A DNA stretch of 63,980 nt, filler included, from Kipferlia bialata (lineage: Eukaryota), in NCBI GenBank assembly GCA_003568945.1. It is 4 parts of 4 records of this genome, joined end to end, with 100 filler letters (N's around TTAATTAATTAA, not from the genome) between each part and the next. Parts side by side here need not be neighbours in the genome. Positions count along the whole stretch, not along the records: positions 1 to 22,595 come from BDIP01000288.1; 3 more parts are not named here. One strand, written 5' to 3'. Below, piece after piece: positions 1-13,388 of the stretch. The notes under the pieces were generated by a model that saw only the letters and a list, made by a program, of their open reading frames with translations, had not been told where the DNA came from and made no database searches. A program made the translations under genes and the position numbers. Position 1 is the stretch's first letter, and the number at the start of each line of letters is the position of its first letter.

Positions 1-47
<47 letters not shown>

Positions 48-59
48 TAGGAGAGAAAT

Positions 60-3000
60 ATAAGCTGATGTTAGACTTATTCCCTCATTATTACTCATAC
101 TGGTAAGTAATGCATACTAGCATAAGTCGACTCAACAATCCAGATTCATCTAATTGACTGTTACAATACAATCTAGCAGTTCTCCTACCTCCCAGGGAGT
201 GCCTGTGTGATAGCCCTGGCATCCTCAGTGGTCACACCCACATACATAGAGGCAAGGTGGGATCAACCTCTTCCTATGAGAGCAGTGTACGTTACAGTAG
301 TAAAGACAGAGCGGTGGATAATAAATGTGGGTGAAGGGTCCACAGTTTTGTGTCACTTTTGGTAGGGTTCAGTGATTGTGTCTTGGTGAGTACACGGAAA
401 GTGCTACAGTAGCAGGTATCTGATTTCATTCGGAGTTTGATGGCTTCAAGCAGTCGACACCAGACAGCGTCTGTTGGCAACCGATACCTGGCAGACAAAC
501 AAGAACGTCTCTTTCTATGTCTGTAGGACAGCAACCACTCATCCATTACCCGTGGAGTGCGTATATGGGTGGGTGTAGTGGGCCAGCCCAAGAGGGGGGA
601 GTCACAGGCACTCACTTTGCTAAAGTGACCGCGATGAGGCAAGGCTGGTGTTATTCTCTCTTGATATTTCTTGCTACATATCCAGACCCCTGTACTGGTC
701 TGACCATCAGGTTCATTAACGATCTGCATATCATCCTGGGACTCGCACTGGTGACCCTGGCGGTGGGGCTCTGGACAGGCACCTCCACACATACATCTGG
801 ACAGAGCGGCTTCCTGGGCTGCGTCGTTCTCTTCTCTGTCGCCACCTTGTTACAATTGGCGAGGTTTTGCCAACTAGCCAACGACCTTGGGGGAGCCGAG
901 AGACTTACAGTGGACCCCCAACTCTCCTACCGACATACATCCGCCTTTCCCGGCTCCTCATTCCCAACATCGCTTCCTCCAAACTGCTGTGAGAATACGA
1001 AGTTGCGCACTGAGTGTTCACTGGTTGTCGCCGTAATAGTGACATCTGGTCTCATATCCGTGTGTGTCTCTGGTCTCTTAGTAATATTGGACACCGGTAT
1101 GTTGGATCTAAGAGTACCTCAACTGCTTGTCAGTGTTATGCGAGGCATCGCCTTTGTGGGATGTTTTGTTACTGTGCTCTGTGGGACGAAGTACCAGTCA
1201 CTGGCAAGACAGACAGAGGGTGTAGCCATATGCCACCTTTCCAAACTGGTGCGTTATCCACAATTGAGGGCAGTTCGAATTGTGCCCCACTGGTCTGCAA
1301 CGCCACAACAGGTATTGTGACCGTAGTACATACATACTCTTTGACACTTTGAGAATCCCATATTGAGATCTCTCCTGTGCTATTGTCAACTTTGCCTCTA
1401 ACAAACAAGATATTGAATGTGTTGTGTATGTGTACCCAACTTGGAACTGGGTTATCCATGACTGGGATGCATTCAAACACACTGGGGGATGACCCATTTC
1501 GGGTTGTCTACTTCTTGTTTCTTCTCTTTGTACTCGTGTGTCGAACAATACCTGGGCCTGTTACGGTCTTAGCAATGACTTGGATGATCAAGACCGACTG
1601 GTACGAAAGAGTGCCTAGAGAGGTATGACTCTCTGTGTAGTACCTAGAGACACGTTTTACTAGTCCGTATATCTGGACCAGAGAACTTGCTTCTCTTGCA
1701 CTTCCAGTGTAAGTCTCACCCAGATGTGTCCGTCTTATAACCTGCCTCATAGTGTGGAATTCAGAGTGCTTCGGTGGATCTTGAAGGAAGACATCAAGGC
1801 GTCGTTCCCCCATATACCAGAGGTATGCTCCCATAGACAGTGACATAGTAAGAGTAATATCCGACGCCCTAGCACATTATAGATGATGATTGCTTACCCC
1901 AGCTGCTTGGCCTGATGAAAGACCACATGCGTAACCACAAGTTTGATGAGATGGAGGTGACGCTGGCCAGTATGCTAGGGGGGCCAAGCTTCTCCTTCGG
2001 GGAACTGGCTCTGGTCAGCGTGTTTGTCGCACTACCAGCGTGGCTCAAACGGCGACTGGGTAAATACTTACTACCTGTCACATCCTTCCAGGAATCACGG
2101 TTGTGGGCAAGACGGCTAATTCTCTCGGAGTCTCTGCGCGATGTGTTTTCGCCACGTTACCTTGGGTACCCCACCTCTTCTTCTAGCATGGTACACAACG
2201 GTGTGTTGGTGTTATACCAACTGCTGCAGGATTTGAGCTGTGACAGCAAAACCCCGCCCAACCTAGTGACAGCAGCGAAGCTAGCCATATACCAACTCGT
2301 CTCAGGCCGAACCCTCTCCCACACCTGTTTGTGCATACCGTCAGACCCTGCTGCTGTTGATGACAGAGAGTGCACGGGAAGGCACAGTGCTAAGGCAGGA
2401 TACTGTGGAAGTGAAATGGGATGGCTTCCCCTGTCGGTGTGTACAGAGGGAGACATGGAACTACCAAAGCCCCCCCTCCCGTCACCACCCACCAGGAGAC
2501 ACAAGTGCATATACCCGCCGGTCAGCTACCCTCCCGGGTCCGCTGTCGCACGGTGTTTCCAGGTGAATTAATGATATCCTCTCTCTGCATGAACAGTCAG
2601 TTCAATATGGCACCCAACAGTTGATGTTCTTGATCCGACAATCTATTGGGGGATACGTCTTACATACTTTACACACACTACACTATATGCGGTGATCTAC
2701 GTATCCAGATGATCCAGATTCCGAGTCTTACACCAGACTCCATTCATCCACTTCGTGAAAGAGAATTACGCCTACGTCACCAGGTCTTGGCATCGACTCT
2801 ACTTCTTAGAGCCACCTGATGCACATATGGACTGGAGGCGCATGGTGAAGATGTTCCTGCCAGCCTCTATGAAGTACACCACTCAGCTGATAGCCACATA
2901 CTTTAAGGTGTGTATACCAGTCTGAAAGATACTAATAACAGCTCTATTCAATGCACTTACATCAGGATCCAAGTGTTGCTCCGTCACATTGCATTGTGTC

Positions 3001-5469
3001 TCAGATTGTAGTTACAGGTCACTCTGGGAAGCAGGTTTGTATTTCCATTGATACTCGGCAAGACATCAATGACAGAGTCTTCCCATTTTCACAGTCTGAC
3101 ATGCAGTATACAGTTCCACACACCACGAACCAGTTGATAGATGCCAGAGATAGAGAGGGACACCCCAAATACATCTGGGCCTGTAACACACTCTTCCTAC
3201 ACCGCTTGGCTCTGCAGATGCTTCAGGCTGCTCACCACAAACGACGGAAGGGGAGAAGAGTGAGAGCCAAGGCGGCTTTTGCAGATAGAGAGCAGTTCCA
3301 GCAGGTATATGATAGAACGGATATCCATAGTCGTAAGTATGACATCTGAGTTACAGTGTAGTTTGACAGGCAGGGTAGGAGCCCGTTTGTGACAGTGTCC
3401 CAGTGCTTGTTGTATTCCGACACCAGAGCCGAGACGTAAGTGTTAAACCCTACCATACCTTCCGAATCCCTCAATTCATTACCCGAATTTCCCCATTGTT
3501 ACACGTTTACCGACTCATTCTCGTATATACTTCTTCGATTCAATTTCCATGTGGAAGATAGCGTCTTACACAGAACTATACCGACCCTTCCTCTGGCTTC
3601 CTTTACAAGTCCCCTCAGAGTGTCAACTGCTAAGCATTGCGTTGAACTTGGATACACATTCCAAGAGTTGTTGAAGAGTGACCGTGCAAGGTAACCAAGT
3701 GGTGGTAAACAAATGTACCATCACTAATCCCCATATGTGATTCTTAACCTCTGCCTTGACATCTGACTCTGAAGGGGGTGTCTGCAGAAGTTCTGCTGTG
3801 ATCCAGCATTCGATGTATTGGAGCTTGACTATCACACTGGAGACAGGGGCTTTGAAGCTGGGATGCTGTACTTCTTCCGTTCCGTAGGTATGGTTGAAAC
3901 TTGTCGAAGGGATATTCATTATCCTTAAGTCTGTCTTTTATCACTGCAACGGGCTCTATCAGCTTTATGCAATCGATATATTTGTTATTTCTCTTCTGTG
4001 TCCTAACGCAGGCCTGGGTACATCTGGTGTGGCCGAGCATGCATTTTTGCGCTACATTCTGACACTAAGGACACGGTGAGCATAGATTGAATATTAGTAA
4101 TATTCTCTTTCTTTGAGTCAAACTTGGTTACTGTCAATTTGCTTTTGAGTAGCTCCATCATCTCGAATAATCGGCAATTTGGATGCCTAGAGGCAGACGA
4201 AGAAGCATGGATAGTATCTATTTGATACTTAGTCTAGGTATGCACGGGACAGAGAGCAGCAACAAGCGCTAGGTTCTTTGCACGCCGTCCATCTCTCACA
4301 CCACCTAACACATGGCATCAGGTACTAATGCTGATCTCTGAATTATGGGGTTGTCTCTTCAGATACCGAGACTTACGATTAGGGCCAGCACCGGTGGCAC
4401 TCTCTACTGCCCGGTCCACTGCCTGCTCATGTTGACCATCGTAGCATCTTGCCACTGCCTCTGCCCCCATGAGTCTACATCACGTGTATCCCTCGATGGC
4501 CGCCTATATACTACGGGGTGTCTACACAGAGACAGTGCCCAGATGAATCACACTGCAGGGTACATATCTTCTCTCCATAACACAAATGTATTACCAGTGT
4601 CATAGCGTTGCTCACTCTTCAGGGTCTGTTTGGTTGTGCTCAAACAGAGTGGAATGTTAGAGAGGCTGCCCCTCGGCACATGCGATCTCATTAGGAAGGT
4701 AGCAGAGTGTAACCTGAACATTATCCCACTGTAACCTGTAGTTTGGTTACTATATTAGATGGTGAGAGTAAGCCTTACTAGTCTCTATTTTGGTTATGTG
4801 AAACTAGGGTTTTCACCTCAGCTCTTCTGCAGTCTCGAGATAGAGAGAGTGCCCTCACTCATTCTTGAGATAGCACTCTTTCGTAAGTGGTATGGGAGAA
4901 TGTCTCCTGAGGAACGATCCGCTGTTCTCGTGTTGCAACGTGCAGAGGTAGGTTCCCCAAGTCCTAGTCTAGTAACTGTTCTAGACTAGTACACATTCAG
5001 CATTGGGTACAAGACACTTGTTGTATATCTCATCACCAGATGGAAGACGTGATTCCCCGTTGTATTGCATCTCCTGGGTGTCCACTTGGGTTGGTACAGT
5101 CAATGCTTATGAGAGGGATTCTTATCGTGGCCTGCTATAGTGGAGTCCGCCGACCAGGGTTACTGGAGAGGTATTGAGTCAATACCATTGACTCTATCTA
5201 TGAATATCTCTAACATCTCACTCAGGGAGTGGAAGAATCTTGGGACCCGCCACACCACGGACACTGCTACGTATGGATTCCCTCAACAGTTCGGCGGTCC
5301 CGAGCGGATGAAGGGGAGGCCGCATAGTCAACCGCCGACAGTGAACTATATATCTACCACACAGACTGTGGTACTAGAGCCACTTATGGACCAACTTGGT
5401 GGACTAGCCGAGGATCTCGGCCTTAGATACCTAACCATCACGTTAAAGGAACTTCGTAAGACATTGTAA
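60..5469 (+). CDS. Large multi-exon hypothetical protein with several predicted TM segments (5' partial; may be more than one gene)
   Basis: Repeated plus-strand GT..AG introns with CTNAC-YAG acceptors. The last exons (4363, 4623, 4822, ~5040, 5226) splice in frame to TAA at 5467-5469. Hydrophobic stretches at ~720-860, 1010-1190 and 1490-1590. Some middle junctions (~4080-4360) could not be resolved. Confidence 0.5.
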
Positions 5470-6010
5470 AGTCGTGAAAAGTCCCATTGGCAGCCCTAAT
5501 AAATGCAAGACAGAGCCAACAGGCATATATTTATATATATATTAGAGGTGGTGGGTACATTATGCAGAACCCTTTTGTCTTTTTGCTACATGACTTGACA
5601 TCCAGATCCTCAAAAGCAGAAGTGACACTAGGTCCTAGATCCTTGTCAAACTCTGCATTTGACGTCCATTGTATTCTGCGACAAGTCATATTTCATACCA
5701 TACCTCCTATTTAATAGGCTATTTACTGTTGTGAACCGTTGGTTCAATTTCGTCGGAGCCGTTTGTTGATTGATTTGGAACGTAGCTTAGAAGACACCGG
5801 TACATTCGAGCTCGCCGGCTCCCACGTAAATATTCCCATATTATGCCAGTGCAGGAGCCATACTTTAATTGAAATTGCCCTGAAATATCCTATATACGGT
5901 GAGGTGTGTGAGTGCCAAGAGGTCACCGTTTGTCTTGCCGTTTTACAATGATCAGGCTGGTCTTTAAGGGACCTTTCTCAGCTGTACTTCTCTTTAGCGG
6001 ACATCAACTA

Positions 6011-7300
6011 ATGTGTGATTCCGGATATCTCGAGAAGATTATAGTGGTTGGCAATGGGTCGCTGCAGCCCGATTGCATCCCACCTGAGCCTAAGGTTTGA
6101 CTTACGAGTATTCATATCTCGCTGTTAATCTCATCCATAAACAGTAATTTGACCCTCACCCTCAGGAGCTTTGCACCAGCCTCCCTGCCTCCTTTGCGGC
6201 ATATGCAGGCGCAACGAGAGGTGAGGGTCGTATATGCACACCTGGGCTTGTGTAGAGAGAGTCTTCCTAAACCGTCTCTCTCTATATGTAGACGTCCTCA
6301 CCCTTCAGGCTCTGCCGATGCCTCCAAGCACCTGGTGGCATTCAGACTCACAAAGTGCTTCTGCGAGAGGTATATCTCTCACTAGTATTTTGTACATTCA
6401 GACTATCCCCGAGTATCCCCCCCTCCCTCCCTCTCTTTGATTTCCTATTCTCTTCTGTCTTTTCTTCCTTCTTCTCTCCTGACCCCCAGGGCCGAGGCCT
6501 CCCCCCTCCCCATCCACGCCGCAGACATCGCCCTGGGTGCTGTCCACAAGCACGCCACACAGATGGGAAGTGCAAAGGTGGGTGTGGATGTCATATCAAC
6601 TATGAACCCGTCTGCGGTACTCGTCTCTCATACTTATCACCACTCATCTCTCTCTCTCTCTCTCTCTCCCCCCCCTCCCACCTCCATTCTCACCTCAGAT
6701 CCTGGCCAGCCCCATCAACGTCACCATGCACGCCAGGTGAGAGACTGCGGTCCCTTCCCATTTTCCCCTACTCTTACAATGCCCCCATTATATATTTTAT
6801 TACTAACCAATGCCATATGAATATACCATGCCCCCTACTTCTGACCCGCCAGGTACCTCTCTGAGACTGATGAGACTGATGGCGCTGTCACTGGATGGGC
6901 CGCTGAGAGACTCATGAGGGTGTCTGTCCACTGCAACGCATGCCCCTGTGCCAGGTGTGTTTCCCTGTGTGTTCTATCATATACACATACACTACCACAT
7001 GTATACTACCCTCTCTCTCTGTTCACTGAACTCTCCCCTCTAACCCTCAGAGATGGTGTGTCCCAGGCTGTGTCCCAGGCCCTCACCTCTGCTCTGCCTG
7101 ACCTCTGCCCATCACCCACTGTGGAGGTACATATGTGTATACCAATATATCTATGTATATCTATCTATACTAATATACTATGTATGTCACTAGAACATGA
7201 CCCCCCCCCCCCATCTCTCTCTCCATCTCACACCACAGGTCCTCGGCGTCTCTGACCTTGGTGAGCAGGCACTGGTGTCGGCATGGGCCGTACTCCCAGG

Positions 7301-7353
<53 letters not shown>

Positions 7354-9971
7354 TTCTCCAGATATGATGTACAGTCTTCTATCGCCATTAGACTAATATT
7401 GTACATCACAGAAGTGTCTCACCCCCCAGGCGGAGGGTGTGCCACCACCCAGTTCAAGGCAGCAGCCGGGTGCAGGGCAGCCCTGGCCACAGGTGACAGC
7501 TGTGAGACAGAGACCCCATGCTGCAAGGCCATAGCAGTCACAGAGACCATCAAGGGTGTCGAGACCATCAAGGCCGTCGAGGCCGACAACAACGCCGACA
7601 AGGACACTGAGACTGAGGGTACCCCCTCCCTCTCTGTCTCTGCCTGGTCCGGTGTCTCCCCCACCCTGTGTATGGAGGTGGCCAGGGAGCTAGCCAGAGA
7701 GGGCATCGTCAAGGGTGGGTCTATGTATGTATACCTCCATATATCCCTCTCCCTCTCTGACATCTGTGTGCATGTATTGATATACCCGTCTTATGCCAGG
7801 TGCCGCAGGTGAGGGCTGGTGGAACGACGCCCCTGAGCTTGGTGCCCACCTCTCTCTCTCCACCCCTGACGGTGCAGAGGACGGGGTCCTGCTCGTCTCT
7901 GATGCAGAGATCGGCATTGAGTGTGGTGAGTGTTTCATGCATACTCACATATATGCTCTCTGCTATCTCGCGGATACCCAATTGACCTAGCAGGTCCTGT
8001 TGAGGGAGAGGCCTGTGCCTGTACTCTCAAGCAGCGCACCCTTGAGGGTCGCTTCAATGCAGTCTCTCCCACCAGGTACTGCATATGTATAGACATAGTA
8101 CATAGACAGTCATAGACTAACCCCCCAGGTTCTATGCCTACACTGCCATTGCCTTTGCTGCCTGGGTCCTCCTGTACAACGTGGTGCTCCCCTTCTCCGA
8201 GCTCGTGGCCTATGACTGGCTGGGTCTGGAGGAGGAGGGCCTGGGCGGCATGATCCAGTTCTTCCTCTACGACAGCCCCAAGGTATAGTTGGACAATTGT
8301 GAATATATACTTCGTATGCAGGGGAAGGGAGTAATATACATCCCTCTGACCCCCAGGTGTCCCTGCTTCTCCTTCTGGTCAGTGCCGGTGTGGGCATCCT
8401 ACGCACATACCTCACTCGTGCCAGGATGACAAAGCTGCTAGGTACGTATTATGCATATATACACTAATTGTAGGTATATAGTAGGGTGATACCAACCTCA
8501 GGTGGCAACCGTGGTGGCTGGGCTGGCCGTGTCCTGCTCCATATCCTGGCTGCTGCACTGGGTGTTGTGACTCCATTCTGCTCGTGCTCAGCTGTGCCCC
8601 TCTTCATCGGTGAGTATATATTAATATATGCATACATATTCTCACTATGTTCTCTGTGTACATGTATGTCTCTGACCCCCTAGGCATGGTCACTGCCGGT
8701 GTCCCCATGCCTGTCACAATGACATTCCTCTCATGTGCCCCTGTGGTTGGAGAGGTGTCTCTCGGTACGTATCCTATGTATATACATTTGTAAGTATATC
8801 GGGTTGCCCCGTCTACTTGGCCTAGTTCTCCTAGCGGGTATCTATATATCTCACCCCCAGTCCTCCTTGCTGGCAGTGATGCCTTTGGTGTCAAGGTGGC
8901 TGTGGCATATGCCGTGGCTGGCATGATCCTCAGTGTCATAGCTGGACTGGTCCTCGGGCTGCTGCCACTAGGTACCAAAGAATAGTATATATGTAGATCT
9001 ACTATGGTACCAAGCCCGAGTGTGTCAATGTGTATTATTGTGTTGCTCTCTCATTCACTCTACATTCCCTCACCCTCCAGACTCCTATGTCGAGGACTGG
9101 GTCAGAGACCAGACTGCTACTAGCGATGAGAAGCAGTACCCAGTCTTCAGCCAGAGACTCGCTTACGCACTCTCAGACTCCCTCACCATCCTCAAGTACG
9201 ACTCGACCATGTTAGTATATGTATCGCGTAACTCTCCCTCACCCCAGGAAGGTGTGGCCCTTCATCCTGGTTGGCATTGGAGCAGGTGCCGTCATCCACG
9301 GGTTCATCCCCGAGGACTTCATTGTGCAGGTACACTATACTACACAACGCGTAAGTTGTCCATGTATGGTATGTATATGACGCTAACCACCAGATCCTAG
9401 GAGCCGATGCCTGGTACAGCGTGCCCATAGCCATTGTGGTGGGCATCCCTCTCTACAGGTAAACAAACTGTACATATACTATACTATGTGTATGTATATG
9501 TATACATGTGCCTAACCCTCAGCAATGCCGCAGGAGTGGTCCCCATCATGGAGGCACTGATCTACAAGGGAGCTGCACTAGGTACATATATAGTGCACGT
9601 TCTGTATCCGCTGTCCTTCCACCCTTCAATTATGTGCATATGTATAGAGCATGCTGTATCGTCTGTCTCCCCCCTCTCCTCACCCTCCAGGCACCACCCT
9701 AGCCTTCCAGATGTCTGTCATTGGACTGTCATTCCCAGAGGCCGTGCTGCTCAGGTATGCTTAGTATAGAGATATATACTATGTATATGCTCATATTGGT
9801 ATGTTATGTGATATGATGAATATTTAGGTTAACGTACGCAATAGAAACCGATTATAGTGTGAGACTCTAACCCCTAGGAAGGTGGTCAAGCCCAAGCTGA
9901 TTGCTCTGTTCTTCGGATGTATCTTTGTCGGCCAGATTGTCCTTGGATACTCATTCAATGCCATATTCTAA
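6011..9971 (+). CDS. arsP: ArsP/DUF318-family permease with long Cys-rich N-terminal extension, 22 exons
   Basis: Hand-spliced from ATG 6011 to TAA 9969-9971 with consistent intron phases. Contains FFLYDSPK, TPFCSCSAVPLFIG, KKVWPFILVGIGAGAVIHGFIP and GIPLYSNAAGVVPIMEALIYKGAALGTTLAFQMSVIGLSFPE, which I recognise as DUF318/ArsP signatures. Confidence 0.9.
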
Positions 9972-10236
9972 TGCCACTGTCCTCCAACCATATCGCACAC
10001 TGTCAACCCCATAGTGTCTCAAGTGTCAGAATAGAACAGAGAGTGTCGTGTGACTAGATGTATTGCACATGGTTTCGAATGGCGTATAATACTCGTTTGT
10101 GTATACACAGTGTCAATGTACAAATATGCATAGGCATTGAGATAAGACACTTGAGAACACCGGCTCACATATCTAACACGATATGTGTGTCTACATTATA
10201 TATACATGCAAAGTATATAATTACAACGATGTGTCT

Positions 10237-12066
10237 CTACTTTGGGGCCCATCGGCTGGAAGGGTCCTGGGGTCGCCGCTTCACCTGGGGGGGGGGCAGT
10301 TGCCTGCCCCAAATCCCCAGCTCTTTCTCTCTCTCCCGCCTAACTCTCTCCTGTCTCTCTCTCTCCCGCTTCTCCAGCCCCCCCAGCTTCTGCTGATACT
10401 CCGCCTCCTTGGCCTGCCACACCAGCCCCCTCTCTCTCTCCCTCCGCTGCAGTGCCGCCACCTTCTCCCAGCCCCTCCTACCCTTCTCTGCCTCGGCTAG
10501 TGTCTCCAGCCTGGCATCAGCTATCACAGACCGCAGTGCAGCACATTTCCTACGCTCAGCCTCCAGCTCCTTCTGCACTGCATCCACTCTCTCTCTCTCC
10601 TGGGCCGTCTCCTTCGCACTCTGCTCCAACAACTTGACTAGGTCGTCACAGTGACGCGCCTCCATCGCCTTCTCTCTCTCCATGTGCCGGGCCCTCTCTC
10701 TCTCCAGTAGAGCAGTGTATGCATCTCTCGCCTCCTTCTCCCTCTTCAGCTGGGCCAGGGAGGGCGACTGCAGAGAGAGAGTGGGAGAAGGCACCGGGAG
10801 AGGGGGAGAGGGCTGGGGAGTGGGGGTGTACGCTGGGAGGGGGAGAGGCAGCGAGGTTAGGGTCTGAGTGTACATGTGCCTCACACCCGCAGAGGGAGAC
10901 CTCTCATGCTTTGGAATGGGGTCCTCTCGTGCCAGGTACTGCTCGTAGTGTCTGGGTGAGTACAGGAGGTAAGAGAACTTATTGATTGTGCTGCTATATA
11001 CTAGAGCCTAACTTTGGAGAAATATGGTAAGAGTGAACATGAACACTATGTAGCGTCTGAATCAATCACAAAGACTCACTTGGTACAGTTCCTTGACATA
11101 TTACCACCATGGGCCCACTTGTATCTGACCCCGGGGTGACATATACCTGGGTAAGGTAGGTACATGACTTCAAATACAAGGATGATAGTTACTCTGCGGA
11201 ATGTCTACCATTAAGCAACGTACACAATATGTCGTGTCCGTTGAGTATCCTCATTGTCATCCAGTTGCGCTTTCCCTAGAGGTCAGGCAGAGATATGAGG
11301 AAGCAATACCTTCCACATAAGCATGAACACGAATAAATAGACATATAGAAAAGTATCTTGTGGCAGCGTGAACATGTATATTTATACATTAATAGTAGTT
11401 GGAGAGTACCTTGTGGTAACGCCGGGCATCTGCAGGTGTCAGCTCAACTGGTGTAAGGAGAGAGAGAGATACACAGAGACAAAAGAAATAGAGAGAGAGA
11501 GAGAGGGAAGCTCCACTCATACCCATGAATATCTTCCACTTGTCCTCGTGGCCTGGCACCAGCCCCCTCAGCACATTGATCAATGGTACTATCCTGGGGT
11601 ACTTGGGGGCAGAGGGAGAGGTACCAGATACCGTGCTCTCACCCTCCTTATCACTCGCCCCTCCCTCCCCCTCTTCCCTCTGTATGGCAGTGCTGACACT
11701 AGTACTGGACCTAGAGACAGGGACAGGGTGATCGGTAGTCGCATAGGGTCCATACAGTGCGGGGGTAGGACGGATCTCTGGCACAGCAGTGACACCCTTA
11801 GGAGTGGGCTGGGGCCTGCATCAGTAAAACAGAGGAGAGAGAGACAACACCAAGGAATCAGGGGGGGGGGGGGAGAGCATGTCATCCTCTGCATCTAGCG
11901 TTAGAACCAGGACATACCTGTGCTCCGTGTCCCCCCTCTGTCCAGTGATAGTAGTGGCCCTGCCAGCCTGTGTCTGACCAAGGGTTGTACCGCCTGTTAC
12001 TAATAGTCGTGGCTTTCCTGGCTCACTACTTTCCCCACGGTCACGCTCACCACCCCCTGTGCTCAT
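10237..12066 (-). CDS. Hypothetical protein with a weak ARID-like segment followed by a long coiled coil
   Basis: Exons splice in frame to ...EDKWKIFMDARRYHKGKRNWMTMRILNGHDILC...SRNCTKHYEQYLARE..., then an E/R/K-rich coiled coil ending at 10237. Start is uncertain. Confidence 0.5.
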
Positions 12067-12436
12067 CCACCTTTGTCCAGAGAGACACAGTGTGTGACAC
12101 GTCTTCCACGCAGCACTACACCTACACTGACTTAGAGAAACAGCAACTTGCTGAGCAAGTGCTCATCCTTCTACACCCTTGCTCAAAAACACCAAGAACA
12201 ACTGAAAAGACATCTATTCACATACACTGTCCTTGACACTAAACACACACAACAGGCCCCGCATACAACGCATATACATAGCGGGGTCACACACCACATA
12301 GGCAAACCAATAAATAACCGAGTCAATGCTAAAACTCGTCAGCAGTCCCTCTCAAGGGGGACCACTACACACCAAACACACAGACACACTAGGACACACA
12401 GGCACAGGCATACACTCTAACTATAAGTACATACAC

Positions 12437-12869
12437 TTAGAGCTCGATGGTGGACATGCCGGACACGGGAGAGGTGGTCTTGCCGACGCAGCCGACCTCC
12501 ATGACCTGGGAGTGAGAGGATGTGTGTGTGATACATATAGAGCATGATGCGATATATATACATATACACAAACTCACCGTGGAGCCTGGGAAGGAGACAT
12601 TGCGCACAGTCCTGAGCCTGGCAAACTCCTCTGCCAGCTTCTCAGCAACGTCCTGGGCAGAGCGGTACTGGTCCCACCTCACCCTGGAGAGTGAGAGGGA
12701 GTTACAGCCACAGTCATAGAAGAGGAGAGAGAGAGAGAGGGTGACTATGCACCTGATGACGGGGATGGTCTTGGAGATGTCCTGGATGAAGTCCTGGTAT
12801 GCGTTGTGCAGCATGGTCAGGTACTCGAGGGTGATGCCAGACTCGCACTCCCTGTTGCGCTGCCTGATC
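12437..12869 (-). CDS. Deoxynucleoside kinase family protein, C-terminal three exons only
   Basis: RIRQRNRECESGITLEYLTMLHNAYQDF matches the dNK lid and following helix pattern. The P-loop exons are absent beyond the poly-G tract at ~12918. Confidence 0.72.
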
Positions 12870-12917
12870 CTGGGGGTGAGGACTTGCGCGCCAAATAGAG
12901 AATCAACATGAAGCAGT

Positions 12918-12952
<35 letters not shown>

Positions 12953-12965
12953 GGGGGGGGGGGGT

Positions 12966-13002
<37 letters not shown>

Positions 13003-13319
13003 AGCAGGGGAGTAGTAGGTAGAGATATGTACAGGGAGGAACATGTTGACGTGTGATCATAGAGGACTACACCAGAAATACACTAGGTGTCTGTATAATG
13101 TCCATACACTATTCTGGACACATATATACGTTGACACTCAAGCAATACATACACCACCTTCCCAAAATAACACCCAACAACATGTCTCCTACACACTCCA
13201 TTCCACTCATCTAAGTCTCATTCCTTCTCACTCCCTTTCCGGCACCGAGAGACCAGTGCATATACCAATACACGCTCCCAATACACACACCCCTATAACT
13301 GATATTTACTAACACCCAC

Positions 13320-13388
13320 CTGTACTAGTTCCTCGAAGGTCTGGTACTGGTCCCTGATACGCTTGTACTGGCTCATCTCATTTCCCAT
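13320..13388 (-). CDS. Orphan first exon resembling the N-terminus of a copine/RGLG-like vWA protein
   Basis: MGNEMSQYKRIRDQYQTFEELVQ followed by a gtgggt donor. Has an MG start (possible myristoylation) and resembles the RIxDxYxSLEEV segment preceding RGLG-type vWA domains (from memory). Confidence 0.4.

Noticed and set aside
360..650. Purple acid phosphatase-like N-terminal domain (SVIVSW...THFAKV)
   Set aside because: The exon phases could not be reconciled and no metallophosphoesterase motifs follow.
1915..2571. RYLGYP suggesting a non-LTR reverse transcriptase
   Set aside because: No YADD or other RT motifs were seen, and the segment behaves as an exon of an intron-containing gene.
3623..4040. 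Minus-strand ORFs as a separate gene
   Set aside because: Splice signals in this region are oriented on the plus strand.
12817..13060. Poly-proline ORFs (formin/extensin-like), also near 48900 and 52700
   Set aside because: They are translations of poly-G/C tracts at probable assembly joins.
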